DNA of 64,000 nt. It comes from Camelus dromedarius. Lineage: Eukaryota. This document shows, one piece after another, positions 12,786 through 24,860 of this stretch; positions within the stretch are counted from its first letter, which is position 1, and each line of letters begins with the position of its first letter. The position numbers and the translations under genes are program-made. The notes under the pieces were generated by a model, which had not been told where the DNA came from, made no database searches, and was given only the letters and a program-made list of their open reading frames with translations. The stretch spans positions 114,144,001 to 114,208,000 of the forward strand of contig NC_087436.1 of assembly GCF_036321535.1 (NCBI RefSeq), read 5' to 3'.

Positions 12786-15700
12786 TTAGATTCCACATAT
12801 GAGCGATCTCATATGGTATTTTCCTTTCTCTTTCTGGCTTACTTCACTTAGAATGACATTCTCCAGGAGCATCCATGTTGCTGCAAATGGCATTATGTTG
12901 TCAGTTTTTATGGCTGAGTAGTATTCCATCGTATAAATATACCACCTCTTCTTTATCCAGTCACCTGTTGATGGACATTTAGGCTGTTTCCATCTTTTGG
13001 CTATTGTAAATAGTGCTGCTATGAACATTGGGGTGCAGGTGTCATCCTGAAGTAGATTTCCTTCTGGATACAAGCGCAGGAGTGGGATTCCTGGGTCATA
13101 TGGTAAGTCTATTCCTAGTCTTTTGAGGAATCTCCACACTGTTTCCATAGTGGCTGCACCAAACTGCATTCCCACCAGCAGTGTAGGAGGGTTCCCCTTT
13201 CTCCACAGCCTCTCTAGCATTTGTCATTTGTGGATTTTTGAATGACGGCCATTCTGACTGGTGTGAGGTGATACCTCATTGTAGTTTTGATTTGCATTTC
13301 TCTGATAATTAGTGATATGGAGCATTTTTTCATGTGCTTTTTGATCATTTGTATGTCTTCCTTGGAGAATTGCTTGTTTAGGTCTTCTGCCCATTTTTGG
13401 ATTGGGTTGTTTATTTTTTTTCTTATTGAGTCGTATGAGCTGCTTATATATTCTGGAGATCTGGAGATCAAGCCTTTGTCGGTTTCACTTGCAAAAATTT
13501 TCTCCCATTCCGTAGGTTTTCTTCTTGTTTTATTTCTGGTTTCCTTTGCTGTGCAGAAGCTTGTAAGTTTCATTAGGTCCCATTTGTTTATTCTTGCTTT
13601 TATTTCTTCTAGGAGAAAATTTTTGAGATGTATGTCAGATAATGTTTTGCCTATGTTTTCCTCTAGGAGGTTTATTGTATTTTGTCTTATGTTTAAGTCT
13701 TTAGTCCATTTTGAGTTGATTTTTGTATATGGTGTAAGGGAGTGTTCTAGCTTCATTGTTTTACATGCTGCTGTCCAGTTTTCCCAACACCATTTGCTGA
13801 AGAGACTGTCTTTATTCCAATGTATATTCTTGCCTCCTTTGTCAAAGATGAGTTGACCAAAAGTTTGTGGGTTCATTTCTGGGCTCTCTATTCTGTTCCA
13901 TTGGTCTATATGTCTGTTTTGGTACCAATACCATGCTGTCTTGATGACTGTAGCTCTATAGTATTGTCTGAAGTCTGGGAGAGTTATTCCTCCAGCCTCT
14001 TTCTTTCTCTTCAGTAATGCTTTGGCAATTCTAGGTCTTTGATGGTTCCATATGAATTTTATTATGATTTTTTTCTAATTCTGTGAAATATGTCCTGGGT
14101 AATTGGATAGGGATTGCATTAAATCTGTAGATTGCCTTGGGCAGTGTGACCATTTTTACAATATTGATTCTTCCAATCCAAGAGCATGGAATATCTTTCC
14201 ATTTTTTAAAGTCTTCTTTAATTTCCTTCATCAATGGTTTATAGTTTTCTGTGTATAATTCTTTCACCTCCTTGGTTAGATTTATTCCCAGATATTTTAT
14301 TACTTTGGGTGCTATTTTAAAGGGGATTGTTTCTTTACTTTCTTCTTCTGTTGATTTATCGTTAGTGTAAAGAAATGCAACTGATTTTTGAACGTTAATT
14401 TTGTAACCTGCTACCTTGCTGAATTCTTCAATCAGCTCTAGTAGCTTTTGTGTGGACCTTTTAGGGTTTTCTATATACAGTAGCATGTCATCAGCATATA
14501 ATGACACTTTTACCTCTTCTTTTCCAATTTGGATCCCTTTTATTTCTTTCTCTTGCCTGACTGCTGTGGCTAGGACTTCCAGGACTATGTTGAATAGGAG
14601 TGGTGATAGTGGGCATCCTTGTCTTGTCCCAGATTTTAGTGGGAAGCTTTTGAGTTTTTCACCGTTGAGTACTATGCTGGCTGTAGGTTTGTCATATATA
14701 GCTTTTATTATGTTGAGATATGTTCCCTCTATACCCACTTTGGCGAGAGTTTTTATCATAAATGGGTGTTGAATTTTATCAAATGCTTTTTCTGCATCGA
14801 TTGAGATGATCATGTGGTTTTTGTCCTTTCTCTTGTTGATGTGATGTATTACACTGATTGATTTGCGTATGTTGAACCAGCCTTGTGTCCCTGGGATGAA
14901 CCCCACTTGGTCATGATGTATAATCTTTTTTGTGCGTTGTTGGATTCTATTTGCTAAAATTTTGGTGAGGATTTTGGCGTCTATGTTCATCAGTGATATT
15001 GGCCTATAATTCTCTTTTTTTGTAGTGTCTTTGCCTGGTTTTGGTATCAGGGTGATGGTGGCTTCATAGAATGAGTTTGGGAGTATTCCCTCCTTTTCAA
15101 TCGTCTGGAAGAGTTTGAGAAGGACTGGTATGAGTTCTTCTTTGTATGTTTGGTAGAATTCCCCGGTGAAGCCGTCTGGTCCTGGACTTTTACTTGTAGG
15201 GAGGTTTTTAATTGCTATTTCTATTTCCTTTCTAGTGATCGGATTGTTCAAGTGTTCAGATTCTTCTTGATTCAGTTTTGGTGGACAGTATGTTTCCAGA
15301 AACTTGTCCATCTCCTCTAGGTTATCCAATTTGGTTCCATATAGTTTTTCATAATATTCTCGTATGATATTCGGTATTTCTATTTTGTTTGTTGTAATTT
15401 CTCCATTTTCCTTTCTTATTTTGCTAATTTGTGCTCTCTCTTTTTTCTTCTTTGTGAGTTTGGCCAGAGGTTTGTTGATTTTATTTACTTTTTCAAAAAA
15501 CCAGCTTTTGGTTTGGTTGATTTTTTCTATGGTCTTGTTAATCTCTATTGTATTTAATTCCTCTCTGATCTTTATTATTTCCTTCCTTCTGCTGCTTTTT
15601 GGGGCTTTTTGTTCTTCTTTTTCTAATTCATTCAGGTGGTGGGTTAAATTGTTTATTTGAGATTGTTCTTCTTTTTTGAGGAAGGCCTGTATCGCTATAA

Positions 15701-16592
15701 ACTTCCCTCTTAGCACTGCCTTTGCTGTGTCCCATAGGTTTTGAGTGGTTGTGCTTTCATTATCATTTGTCTCAAGGTATTTTTTAATTTCAGCTTTGAT
15801 TTCCTCATTGATCCATTGTTTTTTCAATAACATATTGTTTAATCTCCATGCTTTCCTTTTTTTCTCCTTTGTTTCTCTGTTGTTGATTTCCAGTTTCATG
15901 GCATTGTGGTCAGTAAAGATGCTTGAGATAATTTCTATCTTCTTAAAATTGTTGAGGTTTCTTTTGTGCCCAAGTACATGATCGATCCTGGAAAATGTTC
16001 CATGTGCACTTGAAAAGAATGTATATCCTATTTTTGGGGGGTGTAATGTTCTGAAAATATCCACCAAATCTAGTTTTTCTATTGTAGTATTTAATTTCTC
16101 TGTTGCCTTGTTTATTTTCTGTCTGGGAGATCTGTCTAGTGATGTTAATGCAGTGTTAAAATCTCCAACTATGATTGTATTCCCATCAATATCCCCCTTT
16201 ATCTCTGTTAGTAATTCTTGTATGTACTTAGGTGCTCCTATATTGGGTGCATATATATTAACGAGTGTAATATCCTCATCTTGTATCACTCCTTTAATCA
16301 TTATAAAATGTCCTTCTTTATCTTTTTTTATGGCCTTTGTTTTAAAGTCTATTTTGTCTGAAATCAGTACTGCAACACCTGCTTTTTTGGCTTTTCCATT
16401 TGCATGGAATATCCTTTTCCATCCTTTCATTCTCAATCTATATGTGTCCTTCTCCCTAAAGTGGGTCTCTTGTATGCAGCATATTGAAGGTTCTTGCTTT
16501 ATTATCCAGTCTGCCACTCTATGTCTTTTGACTGGAGCATTTAGTCCATTAACATTTACAGTAACTAATGATAGATGTGTGTTTATTGCCAT
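12786..16592 (-). pseudogene. L1 ORF2p (APE endonuclease, reverse transcriptase, Cys-rich C-terminus), disrupted
   Basis: The 853-aa ORF has EN motifs (NVNGLN, QETH, GDFN, TDHN) and RT motifs ([22 protein letters not shown]). Lesions: +1 in an A-run at ~14068-14074; 8-bp duplication ctggagat at 13453-13468, compensated by +1 in an A-run at ~13414-13421; TGG>TAG at 13214-13216; -1 at ~13142-13144. The last segment ends ...RSLICGI* at 12786. Confidence 0.96.
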
Positions 16593-16996
16593 TTTGAACT
16601 TATCTTTACAGTTGAATTGGTATATCCTCTTTGTTCCTTTCTTCTTCCTTTTGTGGTTTGGTAATTTTCCTTTGTATTATCATGGATTTTATTTAATTTT
16701 TGTGACTCCTTTGTAAATTTTTGGCTTGTGGTTACCCTTTTTTGTAAATCTATCAACCCATTACTATAACTGTTTTTATTAAACTGATAGTAACATGATC
16801 TCAAACCCATCCTACTGTTAAAAAAATTTAAAAAAGAAAGAAAAAGATATTCTATATTTCCCTGCCTCTCTCTCCCACTCTCAGTGATTTGTATGTCTTC
16901 TTTTATAATTTCATGTTTACTTTATTTGTAATTCATGAGTTATCACCTTTCCAGTTGTGTGTTTCTCATTTCTGTAGCATCCTGCTGCTTTTCTAT

Positions 16997-17900
16997 TTAG
17001 AATAGCCCTTTCAATATTTCTTTTAGCATGGGTTTAGTGTTGCTAAACTCCTGCAGCTTTTTTTTTTGTCTGTGAAACTCTTTATTTCTCCTTCTATCCT
17101 CAAGGATAGCCTTGCTGGATAAAGTATCCTAGGCTGCATTTTTTTTCATTCAGGGCTTTGAATATATCTTGCCACTCCCTTCTGGCCTGTAGTGTTTGTG
17201 TAGAGAAATCAGCTGAGAGCCTTATGGGGATTCCCTTGTAACTTACTCTTTGCTTTTCTCTTGCTGCCTTTAGAATCCTTTCTTTATCTTTGACTCTGGC
17301 CATCTTGATTATGATATGTCTTGGTGTGGGTCTATTTGGGTTCTTCCTGTTTGGGACCCTCTGAGCTTCCTGTACTTGGATATCTGATTCCTTCTTTAAG
17401 TTTGGGAAGTTTTCAGTCATGATTTCTTCAAAAACCTTTTCAATCCCCTTTGATCTTTCTTCTCCTTCTGGGACCCCTATTATGCGAAGATTGGGATGCT
17501 TTATATTATCCCATAGGTCCCTTATGCTATTTTCATTATTTTTTATTTGCTTCTCTTGTAGTTCTTCTGAATGGGTGCTTTCTATTGCCCTGTCTTCTAG
17601 ATCACTAATTCGTTCCTCTGCATTATCTAGTCGGCTTTGCACAGCTATTAGATCATTCCTCATCTCTGTCAATGAGTTTACCCATTCTACTTGGCTCTTC
17701 TTTATAGCTTCAATTTCATTTTTGACATATTTTATATCTCTAAACACTATCTCTTTTAATTCCTTCAGCAATTCAATCACTCCTTTTTTGAAATCTTGAT
17801 CTAGTAGGCTATCGATGTCTATTTCGTTGATCTTTCTTTCAGGGGATTTCTCTTGTTCTTTTAATTGGGAAAGGTTTTTCTGCTTCTTCATCTTGCTCAT
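16997..17900 (-). pseudogene. L1 ORF1p (coiled coil, RRM, CTD), frameshifted near the C-terminus
   Basis: ORF 17100..17900 has typical ORF1 motifs (LWDNIKHPNLRIIGVPE, RPTPRHIIIKM, IRLSADFS, ARREW). The frame is lost in A-runs at ~17139-17146 and ~17058-17067. The C-terminus (QPRILYPARLS...EILKGLF*) is readable in shifted frames and ends at TAA 16997-16999. Confidence 0.93.
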
Positions 17901-18379
17901 ACCTCTTTGGCACTGTGGTTTATGGAGTATCAGTTGTTTATTTTGGTCCTTAAGGATTTTATCTCTCTGATGCCTATTTAGGAATAGAACTTAGGAAAAA
18001 AAGAAAAAAGAGAGAGAGAGAGAAAGAATTTTAAAAGAAGGGAGAGGGTTTGAAAACAGTGTATAATGAATAACAGAAGAGTGAGTTGAAGCAGAGTATT
18101 AATCGGGTTGAGACGTCCTTTTGAAACCTTTACAAAAAAAAGGGGGGGGGGGAGATGAATAGATGTATTTGAAACCTGTGTCTAATCAATAGAAGGACAT
18201 CAAAACCCAAGAGAAATAGAAATGAATTAAGAAGTAAAGATTAAGAGAGTAATAGAAAATAGAACAGGTAAAAACAGATTTAACAAAAAGGTGGGGGGGG
18301 GGTTGTAGGTGTTCTCCTGGAGTCTGTGTGCTTTTAATGTGAAGTCTTTCTGTCTTTGTCCTGTTTTGGAAGCTCAGCT

Positions 18380-19567
18380 TGCTGTTTTCAGAGGCCCTCC
18401 GTTGGCGCCCTCTTCTGTGCTGCTCCCAGCACCTGTCGGCAAGCAGATCGCGCCTCCTCCTAACACTGGGTCAGGTGCAGCTCTCCTCTGCTGTGGGCGG
18501 GCGGGTCGCTGCCCCTCCGGATGCCGCAGTCAGATGTTGCAGACTGGCCGGGTAGGAGGGCGGGTCGTGCCCCCTCCCAGCACCTCGGTCAGGGGCTGTG
18601 ATCCTGCCCGAAAGGCGGGGGGCCGCTCTCGCTCTACTTGCGCCGCCGCCGGTAGCTCCGCTGCTCTGTGCGGCTGCGCGCTCCGCCCTGGTCGGCGCTC
18701 CGCGGGTGGGCTCGGGGAAGACCGAGGGACAGCCCTGTCCCTGCTCTGAGCCAAAACCCAGCTCCTTGTTTGTCTTTGTGGAGCAAGTTCTCTGAGGGAC
18801 CAGGATGGAAGGATCCTGTCTGCCCCGGGCTGCAGGCCAGTCTCAGTCTGGCCTTTGAGGCTGCTAAGCCCTTCGGTGCGGATGCAGGTTTCGCCCCCGC
18901 CCCCGCCTGAGTGCTCAGCGCGGAGGATATGGCGGCTGTGCCTGAGCCCCGCCTCTCTTCCCCCGAAAACTTTCCGTGGGTTTTCAGAGATGGGGGTGTG
19001 CACCCTTCCCCCGAGAGCACATCAACCTTGCTGTTTTATGGAGGGCCCGGGTTGTTCTGCCCTGTGCACCCACAGCCACGGCGCGCAGCCCCTTGCGTTC
19101 CCCCGGGGCTGCCTCCGTGCAGCCGCCCATGTCCTCCGCCCGGCTTGTGCAGCCTGGCCCTGCCCGCGGCTGCCGGCCCGCGTCTCAGGCTGGGTGTCGG
19201 GGGGACGCTCTGTGCCCGTTTAACTTAGTTCTGTTAGTCAAGGGCTGCTCTGTACAGATCCGAGTCTCCCCCTCCGTCCCGCTGGCCTCTAGTTGGAGAG
19301 GGGAGACCCAGCGAGCGCGCGCCAGTCCTCCTTTGCCGCTCCCTCCCCGCGGGACCCGTCCCGCGCTGCTTTGCCTTTTGTTCTTTCTTTTTTCCTTTTC
19401 TCCTACCAGATTTTTGGCGTCTTTATCTTTTGAAGAGGGCGATGTTCTGTCGGAGTTCCACAGGTGCTCTGGTTGGCTGAGTGGGTCTGTAGATGTGGGT
19501 CTTGGTGTATTTGTGGGAGAGGGTGACCTGAGAGCGTCCTTCTACTCAGCCATCTTCTCCGTCTGTC
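18380..19567 (-). promoter_or_regulatory. L1 5'UTR internal promoter / CpG island with YY1 site
   Basis: The only CpG-dense region in the window. The YY1-type motif AAGATGGC (gccatctt on +, 19549-19556) lies about 11 nt from the element's 5' end, as in other mammalian L1s. Confidence 0.85.
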
Positions 19568-19812
19568 CCATTTTTAGTTTTTTAAGGATTCTCCATACTG
19601 TTTTCCATAGTGGCTGCACCAAACTCTGTTCCCACCAACATTGTAAGAGGGTTTCCTCTTCCCCAAACCCTTGCCAGCATTTATCATTTGTGGGGTTTTG
19701 AATGATGGCCATTCTGACCTGTGTGAGGTGGTGCCTCACTGTAGTTTTGATTTGTATTTTCCTGATAATTTGTGATATTCAGCATCTTTTCATGTGCCTA
19801 TTGGCCATCTGT
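19568..19812 (-). mobile_element. Older L1, continuation 5' of the nested insertion
   Basis: Encodes [51 protein letters not shown] (ORF2 Cys-rich domain) and joins 12459 across the TSD. Confidence 0.88.
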
Positions 19813-19897
19813 AACTTTCAGCATTTCAACCCACATCTTAGGCAGGTCTTTTCTCTCCTAAAAGACATTGTTTGCTGGATACAAGCACTTTCCTTTC

Positions 19898-19928
<31 letters not shown>

Positions 19929-21359
19929 ACCTCACAGCTTTCTAGGGCAAGAACCAAACGGCACACTTGTGGCTCCTGGAAGAAACATATCTTAGTCAAG
20001 ATTATTATTAAAACAGTGTTTATCAGTTTTTTTTTAATTATTACCATCATCTTCTGGGCCAGCTCCCTCACACATGCATTCTCAGTGGGGCCAATATAAT
20101 TTCCCCCAAGAGCTTTTTAGATTTTTTGCCCTCCTCACCCTAAGAATCACCCTTAGGGGGATACTGTCCTCATTGAAAGCGGAAGTTCTGAGAGCTGGCC
20201 CAGAAAGACGGTAACCAGACAGTCCGTAACCAGACAGTCCTTATGTGCTACTGATTTCTCACAAGGGATCACAGTGAACTCTTATTCTTATAGTGTAACC
20301 CTTGGTTGATTACAGACCTAGTTGTTGAGATCCATAGGTGAGGAGAACTAAAATTCCTGGGAGATTTTAGGAGGTGGGGCCTTCAGTTTTCCCTGTTGTT
20401 TTCTCCCAATCTGATGGTTTCATGTAGGAGTTTCCCTGGTTTATCTCCCCAGCAGGTAGAGGAGATGGGGGGGAGGGGGTTAGTAGTCACTGGTCCACAT
20501 TTCTTTTTTGGTGTAGCCAGTCTATTAAGAATGTGCAAATCTAAGGGATTCATTCTCCCATTTCCTTTCTACCCAGATCTGGCAGTAGGTGAAGATCCTG
20601 CATGGCTGTGTCTGCCTGGTGGACCTAAACTTCCCTTCAAGGGATCATCCTAAGGTCTTGACTTGAGGCACAGTGGATGACCAAGCTCATTGGCTTTATT
20701 CTAAGCCATATTCTCCAATTATTCACTGGTAATAAAACTAATCATTTCATCTCCATCTTCCCCATACCTTATTGCCTTTTACTCACTAAATTCAGGAGGG
20801 AAAAAGGAGCTGCTGTTTGTATGTTCCCTAACACTCTTAACACACAGCTTCCTCATGTAGGTTGTAGGCTTTCAAGGGTACAGATCACAAGTTACATTCC
20901 ATCCACTGTCCTGGAATCTAATTTAAGATATTGCTGATAGCATGTTTAATTAAATATATTTAGAGAATTGACAGCTTGATGAATCAAATATTTCTTTGAA
21001 CTTCGAGCTGGTGTTCAGAAATACTAATTTTCAGTCTTGATTCTGAGATGGATAGTCTGTGGGCTCTTGAATAAGTCACTTTTCCTGTGGTCCTGTTTCT
21101 CCATGTGAGAGGTGAAGATCAGGGCTCTATGCATCTGAAGATCCTTTCATCTGCTGTTCTAGGATGCCGTGGCACAAATGCATGGATATGATGTCAGCTA
21201 AACCTTTAAAGGAATGGGGTAGCAGGCAAGGAAAGAAATCCTATGGAATGTCCGTAGACCTGAACTATAGTCATTTAGTTGGGGCAACATTGCTTCTTTA
21301 CATTCTCTCAGGACCTGACAGCTGCTCAGATTTTTACAGGAATTCTGGAGCAATGTGGA

Positions 21360-21700
21360 GAGGGAACAGAGGTGGAAGAAAAAGGATGAATGAGAGAAGG
21401 GACGAGGGAGAGAGAGAATGAGGGAGAGAACAGGGAAACGGTCAGAGAGACAGAGGCAGAGAGGGAACCACAGAGAGGCAGAGAGAAAGAAATAGGGAGG
21501 GAAATGGATGATACAGAGTCAGAGAGTGAGATGGGGAGGAGGGAGAATCAGAGAATCTGAGAGAGAAAGACAGGTAAACAGAGACAGAGACACATACAGA
21601 AACAGGCAGGGAAGAGAAAAAGAGAGAGGGGCCAAAAGACAGACTCAGAAAGAGAGAGAGTCATAAAAAGAATCAGAGACAGAGACAAACAGACGGAGCT
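21360..21700 (+). repeat. GA-rich low-complexity / degenerate (GA)n-(GAGACA)n tract
   Basis: A ~340-bp strongly purine-biased tract seen directly. Confidence 0.9.
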
Positions 21701-21779
21701 CAGGACCTGCTGGTGAGACAGAGCCACTGAGATATTTCCAGGAAAGAAAAGGGGGGAAAAAGGCATTTTGTAACCTTTC

Positions 21780-22200
21780 CAAATGATCACCATTACAGAG
21801 ATTTTTCCCCTTGCAGGTACCCTGGGAGGGGGCGGGAGCCTCAGCTCTCTCCTCTCTCTTACTCTCTCCTCCTCTCTCCTCCTCCAGTGCTCTGCTTATG
21901 CACAAAAGACAAAGTTATTTGAGTCCTGGGTGCTATTAAACACTCTCTTGCCTTCATTTACAACGTGCTGGAACATGATGTTCCTCGGGAGATTTCATGT
22001 AGGAGAAAGTCCCCGCAGCCAAGAATAGCAGGGGCCGCCCGCCATCCTCTCCAAACCACGACACAGCCAAGAGTGGGAGCGTGTTCACACTTCAACCTTA
22101 CGCGTTTGCAACTTCAGTTTAATAGGCCCAACAGGGCCAACACCAAACAAATCCCTCCCTGGCCCAGAAGCAACGCCAACCCCAGGCTGAGCTCTTAAGA
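21780..22200. promoter_or_regulatory. Candidate enhancer/promoter
   Basis: Repeat-poor and modestly CpG-enriched. Contains a GC box GGGGCGGG (~21829-21836), the palindrome GGAACAtgaTGTTCC (21970-21984) and an NF-kB-like site (22004-22014). Motif evidence only. Confidence 0.4.
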
Positions 22201-24675
22201 AAACACTTGCATAAAATAGGAAGCCCAAAATCTGACGAGGAGTCCACTTATGGCAGGTACTTGTTGACTCATGTGTTCCCTCCAAGGAGCCCATGAGTTC
22301 TTAATTCATCTCTGCCTTTACTGGACTTCAGGGACTCCCAACCTGAAGGGTGCCTTCAGTCGTTTGTCTCAGATTGTGCTCAGCATCAACAGCAGTCCAC
22401 ACATGACCCCACTTTTTTTTTGTCTTCTTAGCCCCATCCTGTTCCCCAAACTTTCCTCCCTCCTCTTGTCACGATCCACTCTGTTGGTTAGTGGAGATTA
22501 GGAGAAAAAAAAAAAGAAAGAAAAAGAGAAACACCTTCCGTGCACTGACTTTTATACACGTACCTCCATGAGCACAGATGGCATGATTCTGCAGGGTTGT
22601 CACACTTCTACCTAAGTGACACTGTGCTATATATTCCATCCTCCTTTGTGTCCTTGGCATCTCTATAGTAAAAGTACCTAACATGGTGCCCGCCACTTCG
22701 TAAGTGCTCCAAGAATATTCTAAATAAAGTAATGAGCTTTGACTTCCATTTTTTCACTCCTCCTTACAACAACATATGGCCAACGGGTGAGGTTCACGAT
22801 TATGGCTTTACTGGGTCTCCTATAGGACCCTGGAGGGTCTAAATGCCTCTTCCAACTTCCTGGGTATGCCAAGGAGGAGTTAAATCATCCTGGGACTGCC
22901 CAGGGTACAATGAAAAGATCGTGGGGACTGGGATCTGGAGAGCTGGGATAGCCTCCTGCTCCTACACATTTGTTCCTTCAGAGATCTCAATGTCATTATT
23001 TCTAAAATATGGTTAACAAAACCTACCTTGCTTACCTCTCATCAGAGTCAAATGAGTTAAAACATGGGAAGGTCTTTGTAAACGGTAAGGACTTAATTGT
23101 CTACCCTTATTTTAGGTTGTCTGCAGTGCCATTAAGTCAAGGCCAATAAAAAATGAGTTCATTGTCAATTCCATGGGGAACAGTGCCTGACTGCATAGTA
23201 GGCACTTAATCAATATTTATTGACCAAGGGAATGTTCTTGGTCCCCTCCCTCGACTCTGTTTTACTCTGTCCATTCTAATACTTACCTGACTTCTGGACA
23301 TACAGCTTTGTCTTCTTTTTCAAGCCAGACCCTTGTGTCCTTGGATGAGAGAAGAGTTTCCTCACTTCTCATGATCTTCAATGCTCCATTGGACATGGAG
23401 AGTATTTACCCTCTGACCTCATCAGCATCCCTCTAGAACTCAAGTTCTTTGGGGAATTTTGAGCACAGTGGCTTCCTCACTTCAAACTCCCATTTCATAT
23501 CAAATCAATAGCCAATAAAAATAACCTCTCTGTGTGTAAAACAGACCATGAGACAGGAAGAAATTTCTAGCTCACATTGACGTGGAGATTTAAAGGGAAA
23601 CACTCTGCCCCTGGGGTCTTAAATGGGTGGGAGGAAAAGGAGTTAAAGGGCTGGCACCAAAAGGAAGAGGTAGAGTTGAAGTCACTTGATCAACCCCCGA
23701 TTCCACCTAATAGTGACCCTCCCCATTCTTTTAAACTCACACCTGAATCTCAGAGGTCAGTCCCTTATACCCTCCAAGGAGACCAGCCTTGCCCCACCTG
23801 TGAAGAAGGGGCTTTCCACATACCTGGAAAATTCCTAAGGAGACTTCTGTGCTCTCTGGGCACTTCCCCGGCATAGCCCGCTAATAAAAACAGCCTTGAA
23901 ATTCAGACTACGTCTAAGTCCAAATTTTCAAGCCTGCAATGTTAATCCTTTTTTAATTGACATGGAATGTATCCCCAGTTATTAATGGAAAGTGCACTTT
24001 CTGGAGTCTAATTAAATGCTCTAATCACATTTCTACCATTAAAAATGGTTTTCGGTTTTGTTGGCATTTTTTTTTCCTAATGAGCTGTTTACTCTGCTGA
24101 TAACTACAGTGAGGACGAAAGAAGAGATTCAAAAACAGCTCCAAATACTCAAAAAGAAATGGCTTTGCTATTGATAAAAATAATAACCTCATGTACGGCA
24201 AGGGGTGGTTTTTAAAAAAAAGCCTAAATTTATTACTGCTGTGGTGAATGCACAAATGTCACTTCCTTAAAGAGGGAAAATTAGTTTTTTAAGCCTGGTT
24301 TAGCAGCCAGAATCTCGGGCTGTCTGCATAATATTGGATTTTTCAAGGTTTCTATGATGCCCCGAGGTGGGGTGTTTTGCATGCAAATTGCAAATTATAT
24401 AATGCTAAAGATGTTATATAAGGAAAAAATGAAGACTGGGTTCTCATTCCTTTTCTTTTTTTTTTTTCAATCTCACCTTTCTGGTCCTTTGACTCCAACT
24501 AACATTTTTTGAGCACCTACTATGTCTTAGGTACTGTTATGTCATTTAAAACATGTACGAATCATTTGAAAGAGACAGAATTACTTCACTTTGGTGAGTG
24601 AAGAAACTGGGGCTCAGAGAGTTTAAATGACTAAGCCATCCCCTATGGAAGAAATATTGCTCATTCTCTGAATTA

Positions 24676-24860
24676 AGAGCTTCTCAAACTTAGGCATGTA
24701 TCAGAACCCCCCTGATGGCTTGTTAAAACAGTTTGCTGGGCCCCACCCTCAAGTTTATGATTCAGTAAGTCTGGGGTGGGGCCCAGGATCATGCATTTCC
24801 AGCAAGTTCCCAGGTGATGCTCATTCTGCTGGCCAGAGGACCCACTTCAAAAAGCACTGC
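24676..24860. mobile_element. MER5A-like hAT-Charlie MITE
   Basis: cttctcaaactt...gctgggccccaccc...gattcagtaagtctggggtggggcccag...aagttcccaggtgatgct...aagcactgc. Confidence 0.85.

Larger units (their letters stand above)
12460..19567 (-). mobile_element. Full-length young LINE-1 (5'UTR-ORF1-spacer-ORF2-3'UTR-polyA), about 7.1 kb, inactivated
   Basis: The 17-bp TSD ccatttttagtttttta occurs at 12443-12459 and 19568-19584, with an L1 endonuclease-type TTTT/AA site at the right copy. Poly-T lies at 12461-12470. ORF1, ORF2 and a GC-rich 5'UTR are in canonical order on the minus strand. Confidence 0.97.

Noticed and set aside
13287..17799. Several 100-200 aa plus-strand ORFs (13287, 14416, 16108, 17419)
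   Set aside because: These are antisense shadows of L1 ORF1/ORF2; the F/L/S/I-rich composition follows from the A-rich sense strand.
20211..20240. Perfect 15-bp tandem duplication gtaaccagacagtcc
   Set aside because: Only two copies with no spacer; this is an ordinary slippage duplication, not an array.
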